Position numbers and translations under genes: made by a program
Part shown: piece by piece, positions 1-14,817 of the stretch
Layout of the letters: the number at the start of each line of letters is the position of its first letter
Position numbering within the stretch: position 1 is the first letter of the stretch
Notes under the pieces: generated by a model
Told to the model about the DNA's origin: nothing
Database searches by the model: none
The model's input: the letters and a program-made list of their open reading frames with translations, nothing else
Source of the DNA: the human T2T-CHM13v2.0 reference genome, Homo sapiens
DNA: 64,000 nucleotides
Direction: 5' to 3' (one strand)
Assembly (NCBI RefSeq): GCF_009914755.1
Contig: NC_060945.1

Positions 1-134
1 AGTAAGTAAAAAGGCAAACGGATGTATAATTGTGATTAATTTGGGGAAATAATGAGAGAAAGGGAAAGCGATTGAGAGGTGTGGATAAAAATGTCACGTG
101 CAATGTTCCATTTCTCAACCTTTTTAAATATTAA

Positions 135-444
<310 letters not shown>

Positions 445-471
445 AAATATTAAATACTTATAATGATAAAA

Positions 472-539
472 GTTTATTTCTGGATTCTCTATTCTGTTCC
501 ATTGGTCTATGTGCCTATTTTTATACCAGTGCCACACTG
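472..539 (-). mobile_element. Short internal L1 ORF2 fragment
   Basis: tctattctgttccattggtctatgtg...ataccagtgccacactg matches antisense L1 ORF2 3' region. No poly(A). Confidence 0.75.
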
Positions 540-645
540 AAACTGAAATGAAAAAATAAAAAAAGGTAAGTGGCTAAGAGAAATCTGTAACAGAGAAAAC
601 TAACAAAATTGATGTTTGACATCTTTGAAAATATGAAAAAATTAG

Positions 646-1025
646 TGATATGGTTACGCTTTGTGTACCTGCCCAAACCTCATCTTGAATTGCAATCCCC
701 ATAATCCCCCTGTATCAAGAGAGAGACCAGGTGGAGGTAATTGGCTCACAGGGATGGCTTCCTCCATGCTGTTCTCAGGATGGTGAGTGAGTTCTCACAA
801 GATCTGATGGTTTTATGAGGGGTTCTTCCCACCTTCACTGGGCACTTCTCCTTCCTGCTGGCCTGTGAAGAAGATGCCTTGCTTCCCCTTTGCCTTCCAC
901 CATGATTGTAAGTTTCCTGAAGCCTCCCCAGCCATGCTGAGCTGTGAGTCAATTAAAACTCTTTCCTTTATAGATTACCCGGTCGCAGGCAGTTCTTTAT
1001 AGAAGTATTAAAATGGACTAATAAA
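646..1025 (+). mobile_element. MaLR solo LTR (THE1D/MSTA-like)
   Basis: Starts tgatatggtt..., contains gagtcaattaaa, ends ggactaata. 5-bp TSD attag/attat. Confidence 0.9.
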
Positions 1026-1625
1026 ATTATCAACTTATTTTTATTTACATATTTACAATTCTACTATTATTTAAAAGCACTGTGTGAACAGAAGCTTTCT
1101 CAGCCAACAAAAATAGAAACTAATGCACTGCTAATTTTACAGATTCATATAAATGAATCTGAGTGTCACAAAAGTCATTTTGAAACAAATCTATAAGATT
1201 ATTGATGCCCAGGTATAGGAATTTCCTTCCTTAAGTTTTGGCAAGGAAAAATTTCTTACTGAGTTCAATGTTTTGTTTCTTTGTCTTGTCAGCTAAGCCA
1301 TGAGCCCTAAATGTTTTTGTGCTTTACTTCCAACAATACATAGTTATGCAAGCTACAACATGAATATTCTGTTTATGTGTAGAAATGAGAAGATAAAATA
1401 AATATTTTGTTTAAAGAAAATTTCTGCTGAAATTACATAAGCCTGAGACGTATGTCTTTCTTTCAGCACCATAGTACTCTAGCTTAAATGGTAAAAACAA
1501 TTTCTGTACCACGGAACCTGTGATTTCCTTAAAGAAGTTGTATAACAAAATAGGAGATTTTGCATTTAATTCTAGTTTGTATTAATCTTAATGAAAACAG
1601 AGCAACCGCTTTGCTGCATGGTAAA

Positions 1626-1880
1626 TTTGGGGAAGCCGAAGCAAGGAGATTGCGTGAGCCCAGGATCGTTGCCATCAGCCTGAGTAACATGGTGAAAACC
1701 CATCTCTACTGAAAACACAATTAGCCAGGCCAAGTGGCGTGGGCTTGTAGTCCCAGCTCTTCTGGAGACTGAGGTGGAGGGATCAGTGGGAGGTAGAGGT
1801 TGCAGTAAGCTGAGATTGTGGCACTGCCCTCCAGCCTAGGCAACAGAGAGATCTTGTCACAATAATAATAATAAATAAAT
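1626..1880 (+). mobile_element. Degraded, 5'-truncated Alu (AluJ-like)
   Basis: gagcccagga...ggtgaaaacccatctctac...tgtagtcccagct...gaggttgcagtaagctgagat, followed by an (aat)n tail. Confidence 0.85.
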
Positions 1881-1889
1881 ACTAATTAA

Positions 1890-2445
1890 AAGATGAAAAT
1901 ATAGGAAAGAAAAATCCTTACCTGCAAAGGTAGATATATTGTCAAATTGGTAATATTCTAATACTGTAATAGGGGTATGTAAATCACATATCTCTATTAT
2001 AAAGGTTAAAAGACAAAACTGTTACAAATAACTATATCTACGATAATTTGCTGAGATATACAAGGCAAAATGTGTACAAGATATATAAGATGTAGATTGT
2101 GACATCAAAAACATAAAATGGGAGGATGTCTTTGATAAAGGTTAGTTGTTACAGCCTAAAATGGACTGCTATGATCACCAAGAAAAAACCTATAGTAGAT
2201 ACACAAAAGATAAAGAGAAGAGAATCAGAGCATGTCATTAACATAAATCATCAAATCACAAAGGAAGACAGCAAGCATGGAAAAAAGGAATAACAGATCT
2301 AAAGAACACCCAGGGAACATATAATACAAGACAGTGGTAAGTCCTTACCAATTAATAATTACTGTGAATATAAATCTATTAAATTCACTAATTAAAAGAC
2401 AGAGTGGCTTAATAGATAAAAGACCCAGCTATATGCTGCCTGAAA
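1890..2445 (+). mobile_element. Old L1M fragment (inter-ORF region to start of ORF2 endonuclease)
   Basis: ataattactgtgaatataaat...ctaattaaaagacagagtggct...gacccagctatatgctgcc is a decayed version of the ORF2 N-terminus ITLNVNGLNSPIKRHR...DPTICC. Confidence 0.8.
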
Positions 2446-3676
2446 ATAAAATATAAAAATCTAAATATGGATCTATTTTGTTTTCTGCAGATACTCCTAC
2501 TGGCTCAACAATAATCAGAATGGCCAAAATAGCACAAAGAAAGCTCTGTTAAAAACCACAAAAATTAAACATTATTTCAACATGAAAACACACCACCCCC
2601 CATACCACACTTCATGTTTTAACATTAGATTCAGCAATAGCATTGCAGTTTAATATGTTCTACAGTTTGCTCTGTTAGTGTAGTGTAACACTATTCATTT
2701 TTTTGTGTGTGTGGGAGCATGACAGCGGACAAAATAACTTATTGCAAAGCCCTCATCTCTAAGAAGTCTATTATCTCAGTCTCATTGCTAACTTGTGATG
2801 ATAGCACTTAAAACGTGGATGTTAAGATCAACTCATTCCATTTAGTCCCTAAAATGACGGCAAGTCATATTTCAAGAGTAGAATTTTGAAGTATTTCTGT
2901 AATGAAACAGAAATATCCATAAGCTAAACTACACATTTACTTCAGAAGTTAAACCTCATGTAAAATAGATGAACATACGCACATGTAAGTACATTATTTT
3001 TTCCTACTTTGATACTGTTAATTGCCCCATAAACATAATTTATATAATAAAATGCAGTGTAGAGTTACTGGAGGTGGTTGAAGGAATGAAAGTGTTTAAA
3101 ATTATCTTTAAAAACTCTTCACATGGTATTGGGCTCAACAGTGTACAGATCACATTAGAGGGAAGTGATCTATATGTTTTGACAATGTATGATATAAATC
3201 ATGCTCTGTTATAAAAGCTGTGCCTTAAACGATATAATGTTGTCTAAAAAATGGTACTTGTGACTTTCCTGTTTAATACTGTTCAAAGTTACCAACAGTA
3301 AGATCTACAGTTCTTACTAGAGCATTTAGAGGCAAGTAAGTCCAGTTGGCTAATCTAACTAGGTTCATTTCCTGAGTTGTTTTCTGGGTTTCAGCAACAC
3401 AGATCCTTCTTCATGACCTCAAAGTTTCGTTTATATCTTTCTTCCAGCTTATCAAACATACCGTTTAACTTCCAAGGAAACACTTTTCCATCTCCTTCCC
3501 TTTGATTTTTCTCTCTTGATTCTTCAAAATAACTTCCGGCCTCTAATTACATTGCATTTTCCTATAGAAACTAACATTGCTTCACTGTCCAGACCAGTCT
3601 CTTTAGTTTTTTTATACAGGTCTTATTTTAAATGTTTGTTTTTTCACTTGTTTCTTTGGAATTTTTATTTCCAGGC

Positions 3677-3804
3677 AAGAATGTAAACTGCATGAAGGCA
3701 AGCATCATGTAAAAATAACTCCTTCTTGATTTTCCAAATCCCAACGTGCTATTTGATATATAGCAGTAACTCAATAAGTATCTTTTGATTTGATGAATAA
3801 ATGA
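3677..3804 (+). mobile_element. L2 3' end
   Basis: agaatgtaaactgcatgaaggcaag...ctcaataagtatcttttga...tgaataaatga resembles the L2 3' terminus. Confidence 0.65.
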
Positions 3805-3840
3805 GAAAAGTTAACATAAAATGTATAACAATAATAATAC

Positions 3841-4004
3841 TGTGGAGATAGTCTTCTAAGATAGGCTTCTGTGATTTTCACCTCCTAGGATTCATGACCT
3901 TGTGTATTTACTACTCCCTTTCAAGCTGGCTGCACCTATTGAGTTACTTCTAATGAACAGAATATGGCAAAAATGATGGTGTTTTACTTCCATGCTTAAG
4001 CTAT

Positions 4005-4039
<35 letters not shown>

Positions 4040-4600
4040 GTTTATCTAAATACAGAGTTTATATGTAAAATGTAGATGTATTGTTTTGTATACACACACA
4101 TATATATACACACAATATACAAATATGTATCTATAGTGTGTGTATATACATACACAATATAAAAAACAGTGCGTGTGTGTGTGTGTGTGTGTGTGTATAC
4201 ACAGGACTGACAAACTCTTTTGCTGTTTTGTTGAAGCAAACTTCCATGTTAAAACAAGCTGCTCATGTAACATAAATAAGGCTGACCTATGTTCAGCAGC
4301 CAAAAATATTATAAATATTATTTAAAAATCAAAACTCTGATGTCCTCAGTCCAACACCTCCTGAGTAAGTAAATCCTGCCAACAGACACATGTGCGAACT
4401 TAGGGGTTACTTCCTCCCTATTTGCACCTTCAGATGCAACCCCAGCCCTGACCCCCACCTTGATCGCAGCCTTGAAACAGAGGACACAGCTAAGCCACAA
4501 TTGGTCTCACAACCTACAGAAACTCTGAGATAATAAAAGTGCATTATTTTTAGTCTTTACATTTTTGGATATTATTCTGTGCTGTTTTAGGTAACAGATA
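3841..4600 (+). mobile_element. MLT1 (E/F/G-like) LTR interrupted by a microsatellite
   Basis: tgtggaga...ctaagat...cacctcctagg...ttctaatgaacagaatatggcaaaa at the 5' end and cctacagaaactctgagataataaa at the 3' end. Confidence 0.75.
4003..4200. repeat. Compound (CA)n/(TA)n/(GT)n microsatellite
   Basis: Directly visible: (TA)n at 4014-4039 and (GT)n at 4173-4196. Confidence 0.95.
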
Positions 4601-5225
4601 GATTTTGGCTGTTGGAGAGTCTGCAAGGGAGCAAGTTTGACTATTATGAAGAAAACATTACAGTAGAAAAGGTATAGAAAGAAAAATAAAGATTGGAGAA
4701 GATGAATCTGTGCAAAAAAGGCCAGGTAATTTTTGCTTGTGATTATCCATTCCCTATGTCATGCAGCTTTATATTTCTTGAACTTAAAGATCAATAACAT
4801 TTTCTAGTCTGTGACACATAAATTTCTGCTTTCTTGAGCTAGTCTTGCTAGGTTATTATTTATTAAGATCAAATTTAAAAATTACTAAAACAATGGGCAT
4901 CATTATACAATTGAAAAAACAGGCAATGTTTAAGTAACTAATTAAGGGAAAGAACATAAAACGTGGGTACTTAGGATGTGTGATCCTTGACGGTTAAGAT
5001 ATAAGTTTGGAGAAATTCAGAAGCAGAAAAAGTATTTAAGGGGAAAAAAGAAGCATGATAGTGAACACATGAAATTTAGAGTGACGAGGGAGTGGTTCTT
5101 GGTGAGGAGACAAGGAAGTCAGTGTAATTATTTAACTTACAGGATAAATAAAATCAATGCAGTGGTAATTTGGTTGATTAAGCATCATTTTCCATTTTAA
5201 TGTTCTATGTATCTCAAATTATCTA

Positions 5226-5610
5226 TGTATTAGTTAGACTCATTTGCATGAATGGGAAGAAATCTCAAAATGACTTAGCTTAAAAATAAAGGAACAAGAA
5301 CTTTCTAAGACATTGAACTTAGTATCAAACAATTTTACTAAAATGAAGCTGAGAGACAGAAGTGGGCATCAGGGACACTGTAACTCGAGGCTTGAGTAAT
5401 CAGAACCATATCTCGGGCATCGTCTCTCTGAGTTTCTTCTCATATTAGTTTGATTTTAACTGCAGACGTTCTCCATGGGGTAGGAAATGCATCTACCAAC
5501 AAGATTATAATTTTGTATCCCATACCTTCTGACATTGCTAGTAAGAGTATTATGTACTCAAACTCAAGTCAAAATGCCATGACAGACACATATTGACCCA
5601 GACTGAGGTG
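5226..5610 (-). mobile_element. Old MLT1 (J/K/L-like) LTR fragment, possibly resuming after 7019
   Basis: tgtattagttagactc...gacttagcttaaaaataaagga resembles an antisense MLT1 end. Heavily diverged. Confidence 0.45.
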
Positions 5611-6735
5611 TGTACATATATATATACATATATATATACACACATATATAATATAAATATATATTTATAATTATATAAATATATAACATATTTATAATTA
5701 TATGAATATATAACATATTTATAATTATAGGAATATATAACATATTTATAATTATAGAAATATATAGCATATTTATAATTATAGAAATATATAACATATT
5801 TATAATTATAGAAATATATAGCATATTTATAATTATAGAAATATATAACATATTTATAATTATAGAAATATATAACATATTTATAATTATAGAAATATAT
5901 AACATATTTATAATTATAGAAATATATAGCATATTTATAATTATAGAAATATATAACATATTTATAATTATAGAAATATATAGCATATTTATAATTATAG
6001 AAATATATAACATATTTATAATTATAGAAATATATAACATATTTATAATTATAGAAATATATAACATATTTATAATTATAGAAATATATAATATATTTAT
6101 AATTATAGAAATATATCTAATATATATTTATAATTATAGAAATATATCTAATATATATTTATAATTATAGAAATATATCTAATATATATTTATAATTATA
6201 TGAATATATCATATATATTTATAATTATATGAATATATCTAATATATATTTATAATTATATGAATATATCTAATATATATTTATAATTATATGAATATAT
6301 CTAATATATATTTATAATTATATGAATATATCTAATATATATTTATAGTTATATGAATATATCTAATATATATTTATAGTTATATGAATATATCTAATAT
6401 ATATTTGTAGTTATATGAATATATCTAATATATATTTGTAGTTATATGAATATATCTAATATATATTTGTAGTTATATGAATATATCTAATATATATTTG
6501 TAGTTATATGAATATATCTAATATATATTTGTAGTTATATGAATATATCTAATATATATTTGTAGTTATATGAATATATCTAATATATATTTATAGTTAT
6601 ATGAATATATCTAATATATATTTATAGTTATATGAATATATCTAATATATATTTATAGTTATATGAATATATCTAATATACATATAATTTAAATATATAA
6701 TACATATAATTATATAAATATATATAATATATATA
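5611..6735. repeat. AT-rich minisatellite: about 16 x 27 bp, then about 19 x 31 bp
   Basis: Unit ataacatatttataattatagaaatat (about 5660-6095), then ctaatatatattt(a/g)ta(a/g)ttatatgaatatat (about 6095-6680). Confidence 0.97.
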
Positions 6736-7018
6736 TTTTTTGAGACAGAGTCTCACTCTGTCACTAGGCTGGAGTGTAGTGGTGATCTCGGCTCACTGCA
6801 ACCTCTGCCTCCCAGGTTCAAGTGATTCTCCTGCCTCAGCCTCCTGAGTAGCTGGGACTACAGCCTCACGCCACAATGCCCAGCTAATTTTTGTATTTTT
6901 ACTAGAGATGGGGTTTCACCATGTTGGCCAGGATGGTCTCTATCTCTTGACCTCGTGATCCACCCGCCTTGGCCTCCCAAAGTGCTGGGATTACAGGTGT
7001 GAGACACCACGCCTGGCT
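6736..7018 (-). mobile_element. Alu, AluSc-like
   Basis: Antisense Alu with caggatggtctc...tcttgacctcgtgatcc. Its tail end abuts the minisatellite. Confidence 0.93.
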
Positions 7019-7127
7019 GGTTTACATATTTTGACCAGTTAGCTGTCCCATTATGTGAACACAACACTGGTGATGGCCATGTGGACTGAGGACATGAAAG
7101 TTCATACAAATGGGGAGTTCTGTGTTA

Positions 7128-7270
7128 GAAATAACACTAAAAGCATAGGCAACAAAAGGTAAAACATAGATGAATTGGACTTTATCAGACTTTCATGTTT
7201 CAAAAAACACTATCAAGAAGGTGAAAAGACAACCTATACAATAGAATAAAATATTTGTAAATCATATTAG
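7128..7270 (+). mobile_element. L1M ORF2 3' fragment
   Basis: aaaagcataggcaacaaaag...ttggactttatca...gtgaaaagacaacctata...aaaatatttgtaaatcat. Confidence 0.8.
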
Positions 7271-7280
7271 ACTCATATAT

Positions 7281-7395
7281 GCACTTTGGGAGAGAGAACC
7301 AGGCAGGAAGGCTGCTTGAGGCCAGGAGTTAAGAGACCATCCTGGGCAGCATAGTGAGACCCCGTCTCTAAAAAAAAAAATAAAAATAAAATGAA
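7281..7395 (+). mobile_element. Alu left monomer (FLAM-like)
   Basis: gcactttggga...gcttgaggccaggagtt...ctgggcagcatagtgagaccccgtctct followed by an A-rich tail. Confidence 0.85.
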
Positions 7396-9235
7396 AAATT
7401 TTAAAAACCACATTGTCATTTAGTGACTTAATATGACAAATGTATGCTTATTTGTTTTGTAGCACTCCTTTTCATTTTCAATTATACCCTCTCATTAATG
7501 TTAAATTGTATTATTACCTAACTTAATAATTAAGACTGAAGTTATGCACACTTATTGGCAATTAATATTGTATATCAAGCCACAGGTGTGCTTGGAAAAA
7601 TATATATTGCTTTCAAATTCATAAGTAATACGTCTTATATTTTCAGGTCCTCTAGTTTTAGCTTACACTTTTATTGTTGAACATGTGTCAACAAATACCT
7701 AGTAAGAATATACTTAAATTTTCTAGTTATCCAATTTTGAAATTATTGTTTATTTCATCTCATTACTCTAAATATAGAGTAAAAACAAAATACATAGCGT
7801 CGCATTGAACAGTTCTAAGAAATAACTATCATTTTGATTTGCTTCTTTTTTTTCCCTTAGGATAAAACAAAAAGGACAATTTATATCTTGAATTGCCCTC
7901 AAAATAATCTTAATCTGAGAAGTAAAATGATTAAATGTTTAAAGAAAAACAAAAAGTATTATACAGAATATTTAATCTGACTTGATAAACACTATGAAGA
8001 ACATTCATATACTTCAATAAGTAATGCTTATTTATTTGGAGCATAAAAAATAATCAGTGATATTAGTACGAGAATTTCAATGGACACCAAAAATCTGACA
8101 AAATGTTTATCCTCTTTTGTGAGGTAAACAACCAAATGTATTTTAAGAATCTGAGAAAAAGGAATGGAACCTGTGTAAATGGCTTATGAATTGGTCTTGT
8201 ACATTAAATGCCACCCAATTGCTTGCACTGCTCATTCCAAAGGCATTGAAGAGTTTCATTCCTATCAGAAATAATAGAAGTTGGTGTAGCCAGGGAGGAA
8301 AATGAAACCCCAGATGACTGAGTCGGCTGCAGAATGAAAGTTACAATCTGATTCTTCTTATTGTTTTCCTAGAAAGAAATTGGTACAGGTCACTGGCATA
8401 CTAGAAATTTCTAGAAAAGGTTGGATATTTGGAGTGAAAATATATAAATGAGTGCAACTCATGATTATTTGGAGAGGAAAATAAACTATTATAAAAAATT
8501 ACAATTAAATCCACATTATACATATCACAGCCTTATATTTTTGGTTCTTTATTCTTAAGCTCCATACATAAAATGTTTTAAGATGCAGAAATAATTATTA
8601 CATTACTTTTTATTTAATTACATATTGTTTTTCAATAAGATACAAATATAATCCTATTTTTGTTATCAAGATATTTAAAATGTGTTTTTTGTTTTGCTTT
8701 TTAGTTTCCTCCTCTGACAAAATTAAACACTGTGGGGAAAGAAGCAGTTATTCTCCATTTTTCCCTTGTGCTTAGATATGGTGCTGGGCATATATTTCTT
8801 TCCAGTTAATAGGATGAGAAAATGTTATGGCAGTGACAACTTTTTATTTTGTGACCAAAAATTACCTACCAACAGAAAGCTATACTGTGTCCCTAAATTA
8901 TAATTTATTTGAGGAATAGGAAGATGTTGGTATGAAGAGAAATTCTAATTAGTGAATGTAATTGAATGTGATTAATCTATATTAATTTCAGCATCCAGAA
9001 TAAGCCATTGTTTAATTAACTTCTTATACATATAAGTTAAATTTTATTACATTAATTGTAATTACAAAAATATACATGTAAATAACTACATAGGAATAAA
9101 TCGCAATCAAAACAAAGTTTTTTTTTCAAAAATTTCTTTTATGAGTCACAGAAAGTCAAGACAAGCCAGTAGGATTTAAAGAAAGTCTCATGTTGAAATT
9201 TTTATAAATTGACATACAGAAAGGTTGTGTCTCAT

Positions 9236-9438
9236 CACTGGTATGCTAGTAAAATTTAACTGTCTTTCTGAGGAAACAAAACCTATTATTGTAATATTTG
9301 CTGATTTTGTGATACAACTATTTCCACTGTTGACAATTTCAAACTCTCAAGATGGCACCACTGATAAGGGAGTTGGGAAATAATGTCCATGGTGGTCTTT
9401 TGTAAGCCAATGCACGCCAGTAGCTCCAGCACGCCTTG
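9236..9438. mobile_element. MER63-like hAT DNA transposon remnant
   Basis: Ends cactggtatgctagta and gctccagcacgcc resemble the MER63 TIR cagtggtgtgctgg. Internal ggagttgggaa motif. Confidence 0.65.
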
Positions 9439-9987
9439 TTACTGATGATTATTTTATTATGATGAAATGATAACAATTGATTCAATTAGGGATTAGCTAC
9501 ATAGAGTTGTTAAATACAAGATAACCACAAAGTAGAATAAGAATAAATCTCTGATGACCCAAGCATAACGCTAATACATAGAAAATCAGAAACACAGTAT
9601 CAATGTTAATTAATTCCAAAGATCACTCAGAAAACAAAGTGTCACTCACAGGCTTTGATTCCCAATTATATACAGATAATTGGAGCTCAGTGTACAATTA
9701 TATGTAAAGTTGGGTACAACAATTAAATAGTCGGCTGTGTAAAAATAAAATACATCATCAAAATTAACTGAAGATTAGTTAGAAAAATAAGTATATTAAC
9801 AGAGTTTGAAAACACTAAACAAGCTACAGAAATTCTCTCTCAAAAATGGTCAATGCTTTTAAAATTATAAAAAATAGATTATTAAGTTTCAAAATGTAGA
9901 AATGAATTACTGCCATGATCTTTCATTATCTGACCCTTTCCTTCCTGTCCAGACTCTCCCCTAGCAGACTCCCTTACGACACCTCTA

Positions 9988-10097
9988 GCCATGTACCCTC
10001 TTGGCTCTGCCATATACCCTCCTGGCTCATCTTATAATGTGTCAAATTCTGCTCTGCCATGTACCCTCTTGGCTCTTCTTACAATGTGTTGACTTCC
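9988..10097. repeat. Local imperfect tandem duplication (three gccat(g/a)taccctc(t/c)tggctc copies)
   Basis: Directly visible. Two of the copies extend through tctta(t/c)aatgtgt. Confidence 0.85.
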
Positions 10098-10130
10098 TTT
10101 GAATTTCAGCAATTTGAGCCTTCTTGCAGT

Positions 10131-10569
10131 TGTTACCAAAATACCAGGAGTTCAGTCTAGGTCCTGCTGTTCACTGCACAGAAAACCAATGACTGAGAGG
10201 ATGAGCATTGCCAAAAAAGAAGGCTTTAATCAGGTGATGCAGCTGAGGAGATGAGAGATCAGTCTCGAACCCATCTTCCTGACTGAATACAATTAGGGGT
10301 TTATATAGCAGGGAAGAAATGTAACTGTGTGGGGAACGCAGGGAGGATAAGGAACAATCATGATGAATGAGGGTCCTGGCATCTCATCATCTGAATGCAA
10401 TAATCTGGTTAGTTTCAGGTTTTTGTATACTTTTTTAGAGGCCTTTGGGATCCTTTCCTGGGGAAGGAACTCAGATAAAACAAACGTAAGTTTCAAGCTT
10501 AAAGCCCAGAAGGGTCAATTTCTATGTTCATCCAACAGAAATGTGTATGAAAAAACTGGGTGGGTTTAA
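10131..10569 (-). mobile_element. ERV1 solo LTR (LOR1-like)
   Basis: tgttaccaaaataccagg...ctaggtcctgctg...gaaggctttaatc... to gggtttaa. TSD cagt/tagt. Confidence 0.75.
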
Positions 10570-10980
10570 TAGTGTTTTGGTATCCACACTTCTATCATTG
10601 AGACACTATTCACCTTCTCTTACACCTCACCTATATTAATGTACTCCAAAGCACTTATTTTTCTGAAATTGTATTATTTACTTTTTGGGCAGATATTCAT
10701 AATGTGTCTCACTTAATAATCGTAAGTTCCATGAAAGCAAGTGAATTAGTTTTTATTACTCTTATTATTATTGTTGTTGTGTAAGGAACTATTACAAACA
10801 GTGGCTTAGAACAATGAAAATTTATTATCTCAGTTTCCTTGAGTAGGGATTCTGGGCAGGGTTCTCTGCTTATAGTCTCAACCAAGCTAAAATAAAAATG
10901 TCAGCCGAGCTATGATCTCATCAGAGAGTCTCAGCATTCAGTTCTAAGCTCACTGTGTTTTAGCAGAATCCACTTCCTTA

Positions 10981-12055
<1,075 letters not shown>

Positions 12056-12226
12056 CTTGCAGTTAAAGGACAGTGGTTCCTGGTTTCTCATTAGTTGTCA
12101 ACTGGAGCCATACTCAGATCCTGGAGCCCACTCACCATTCTATGCAACAAGGCGCTCTCCAGAGGTGGGATTTTGCTTCAAGGCCAGGTGGATACTCTCT
12201 GTAGTCTGCTAATACAGAATCTTATA

Positions 12227-12564
12227 CAGTCATGCATTGCTTAACTTAATGATGAGGATATGGTCTGAGAAATGCATTGTTAGGTGATTTTATAATGCAA
12301 ACATTGTAGAGTATACTCAAACAAATTTAGATGGGCTAACATACTATGCACCTAGGCTATATGGTAAAGCTTATTGCTTGTAAGTTACTGTATTAAATAC
12401 CGTTACTGTATTGAATACTGCAGACAATTGTAACACCGTGGTAAGTATTTGTATATCTAAACACAGAAAAGGTACAATAAAGTTATGGTATTATAATCTT
12501 AAAAGACCACCATTGTATATGTGGTCAATGGTTGACCAAAACGTTGCTATGCCATGCATGACTG
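12227..12564. mobile_element. Tigger3a-like (TcMar-Tigger) MITE
   Basis: Terminal inverted repeats cagtcatgcat...atgcatgactg flanked by a TA duplication (12225-6 and 12565-6). Confidence 0.9.
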
Positions 12565-12596
12565 TACAAGGTAATGTAATCATTGAATTGACCATC

Positions 12597-13724
12597 TGTA
12601 ATATAATTAAAATATATTTGCTTTGTCTCTGATTCCTGGCAAAGAGATCCTAAAACCCTTGGAATTTCCTGAGTGAGAACAGTATGTTTTGCATGTTAAT
12701 GAGATGACTCTTTGAAATAAGGGCTAGATAACTTCAGGATGGGGGCTGGAGTCATCAGTTCAAGAATGTGAAAAACCAACCCAGAGATTAGAGGGTTAGA
12801 AATTGTTTTCTTTTTGTTTTGTTTTGTTCTCTTCTCGCTCTCTCTTTTTTTTATATACATATATTTTTATTTTTTAGTCAAATGGAGTCTCTCTCTGTTT
12901 TCCAGGCAGGAGTGCAATGCTGCAATCATAGCTCACTGTAGCTTCAAACTTCTCAGCTCAAGTGATCCTCTTACCTCAGCCCCCTAAGTAGCTGAGACTA
13001 CAGGGGCACACTCAGCTAATTTCTGTATTCTTCTTTTTCTTTCTTTCTTTCTTTTTTTTTTTTTTTTGAGATGAGGTTTCACTATGTTGTCAGACTGGAC
13101 TTGAACTCCTAGTAACCACAAGTGATACTTCCACCTCAGCTTCCTGAGTCTCTAGGATTATAGGCATGAGCCAGGGCACCAAGCTCAAGGGTTAGATTAT
13201 ACCTACTTGAAACTATGAAACTTGTCATGAAACCACGAAAAAAAACAAAAACAAAACTCTAAATAGAAAGATTTGGGTAAGCATGCAGGTTGGTGAACAC
13301 ATTTACCTGCTGGGAGTCTGACACACTCCAGCTACCCTGGGGAGTGAAGCTTCTGTGTGCTCAGGACCCTTCTGGATGTCACCTTATGTACCACATTATT
13401 AGTTTGTTTATTTGCATCTTTTAGAGTAAAGCTGTAATTATTATAGTGCCTTTCTAAGTTTTGTGTGTTAATCAAACAAATTGTCAAATCTGAGTTCAGG
13501 TTTTGAAAACACCCAAATTTGCAGTAGGCCTGGAAGAAGTACGGGTTCCTTGGAATTCCTACTTGCCGCATCTAAGCTGTTGGAAGTCTTGTGGAACTGA
13601 GCTTTTAACTAGTAGGGTCTATGCTAACTCTGGGTAGTTAATGGCAGAATTGAATTCCATTGTAATATACTCGATTTATGTCAACATTTGGAAAAGTGGA
13701 TGTTATATGAGAAAACCAAGCACA
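12597..13724 (+). mobile_element. MER21-like LTR (MER21B/C)
   Basis: tgtaatat...ttcctggcaaagagatcctaaaacccttggaatttcctgagtga...ttcaggatgggggctgg. 3' part ggaagtcttgtggaactgagc...gctaactctgggtagtta. Confidence 0.8.
12805..13185 (-). mobile_element. AluJ inside MER21
   Basis: AluJ-type caatcatagctcactgtagc...ctcaagtgatcctc. TSD agggttaga (12792 and 13188). Tail decayed to simple repeats. Confidence 0.88.
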
Positions 13725-14017
13725 GTCTCATCACTTTTGCTATATAAAGTAACCAAATCAAAGGGGTGAATATTCTTTCATGTCTTTGGGTCTCACCCAC
13801 AGCTTATGGGAATTTGATTTTACCGAGCTTATACAACAGATTGAGGGGTAGCATAAAAACTACCTTAGAGTTCTTCCAACCACAGCAATGATGTCAGGTA
13901 CCTAGTGTCTAAAATAATACTTGACATATGTCCAGTATTGATTTGCTTCTTGACAGTTAAGTTTTTTCATTGGGTTTACTGTGTATACAAGCTAAAAACT
14001 TATTTCAAAAGATTTAA

Positions 14018-14817
<800 letters not shown>

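Noticed and set aside
5564-6067. 167-aa ORF of MLYISIIIN repeats; the array superficially resembles a CRISPR or repeat-protein locus
   Set aside because: It is the translation of a 27-bp minisatellite. There are no unique spacers, no cas genes and no gene context, and the DNA is primate.
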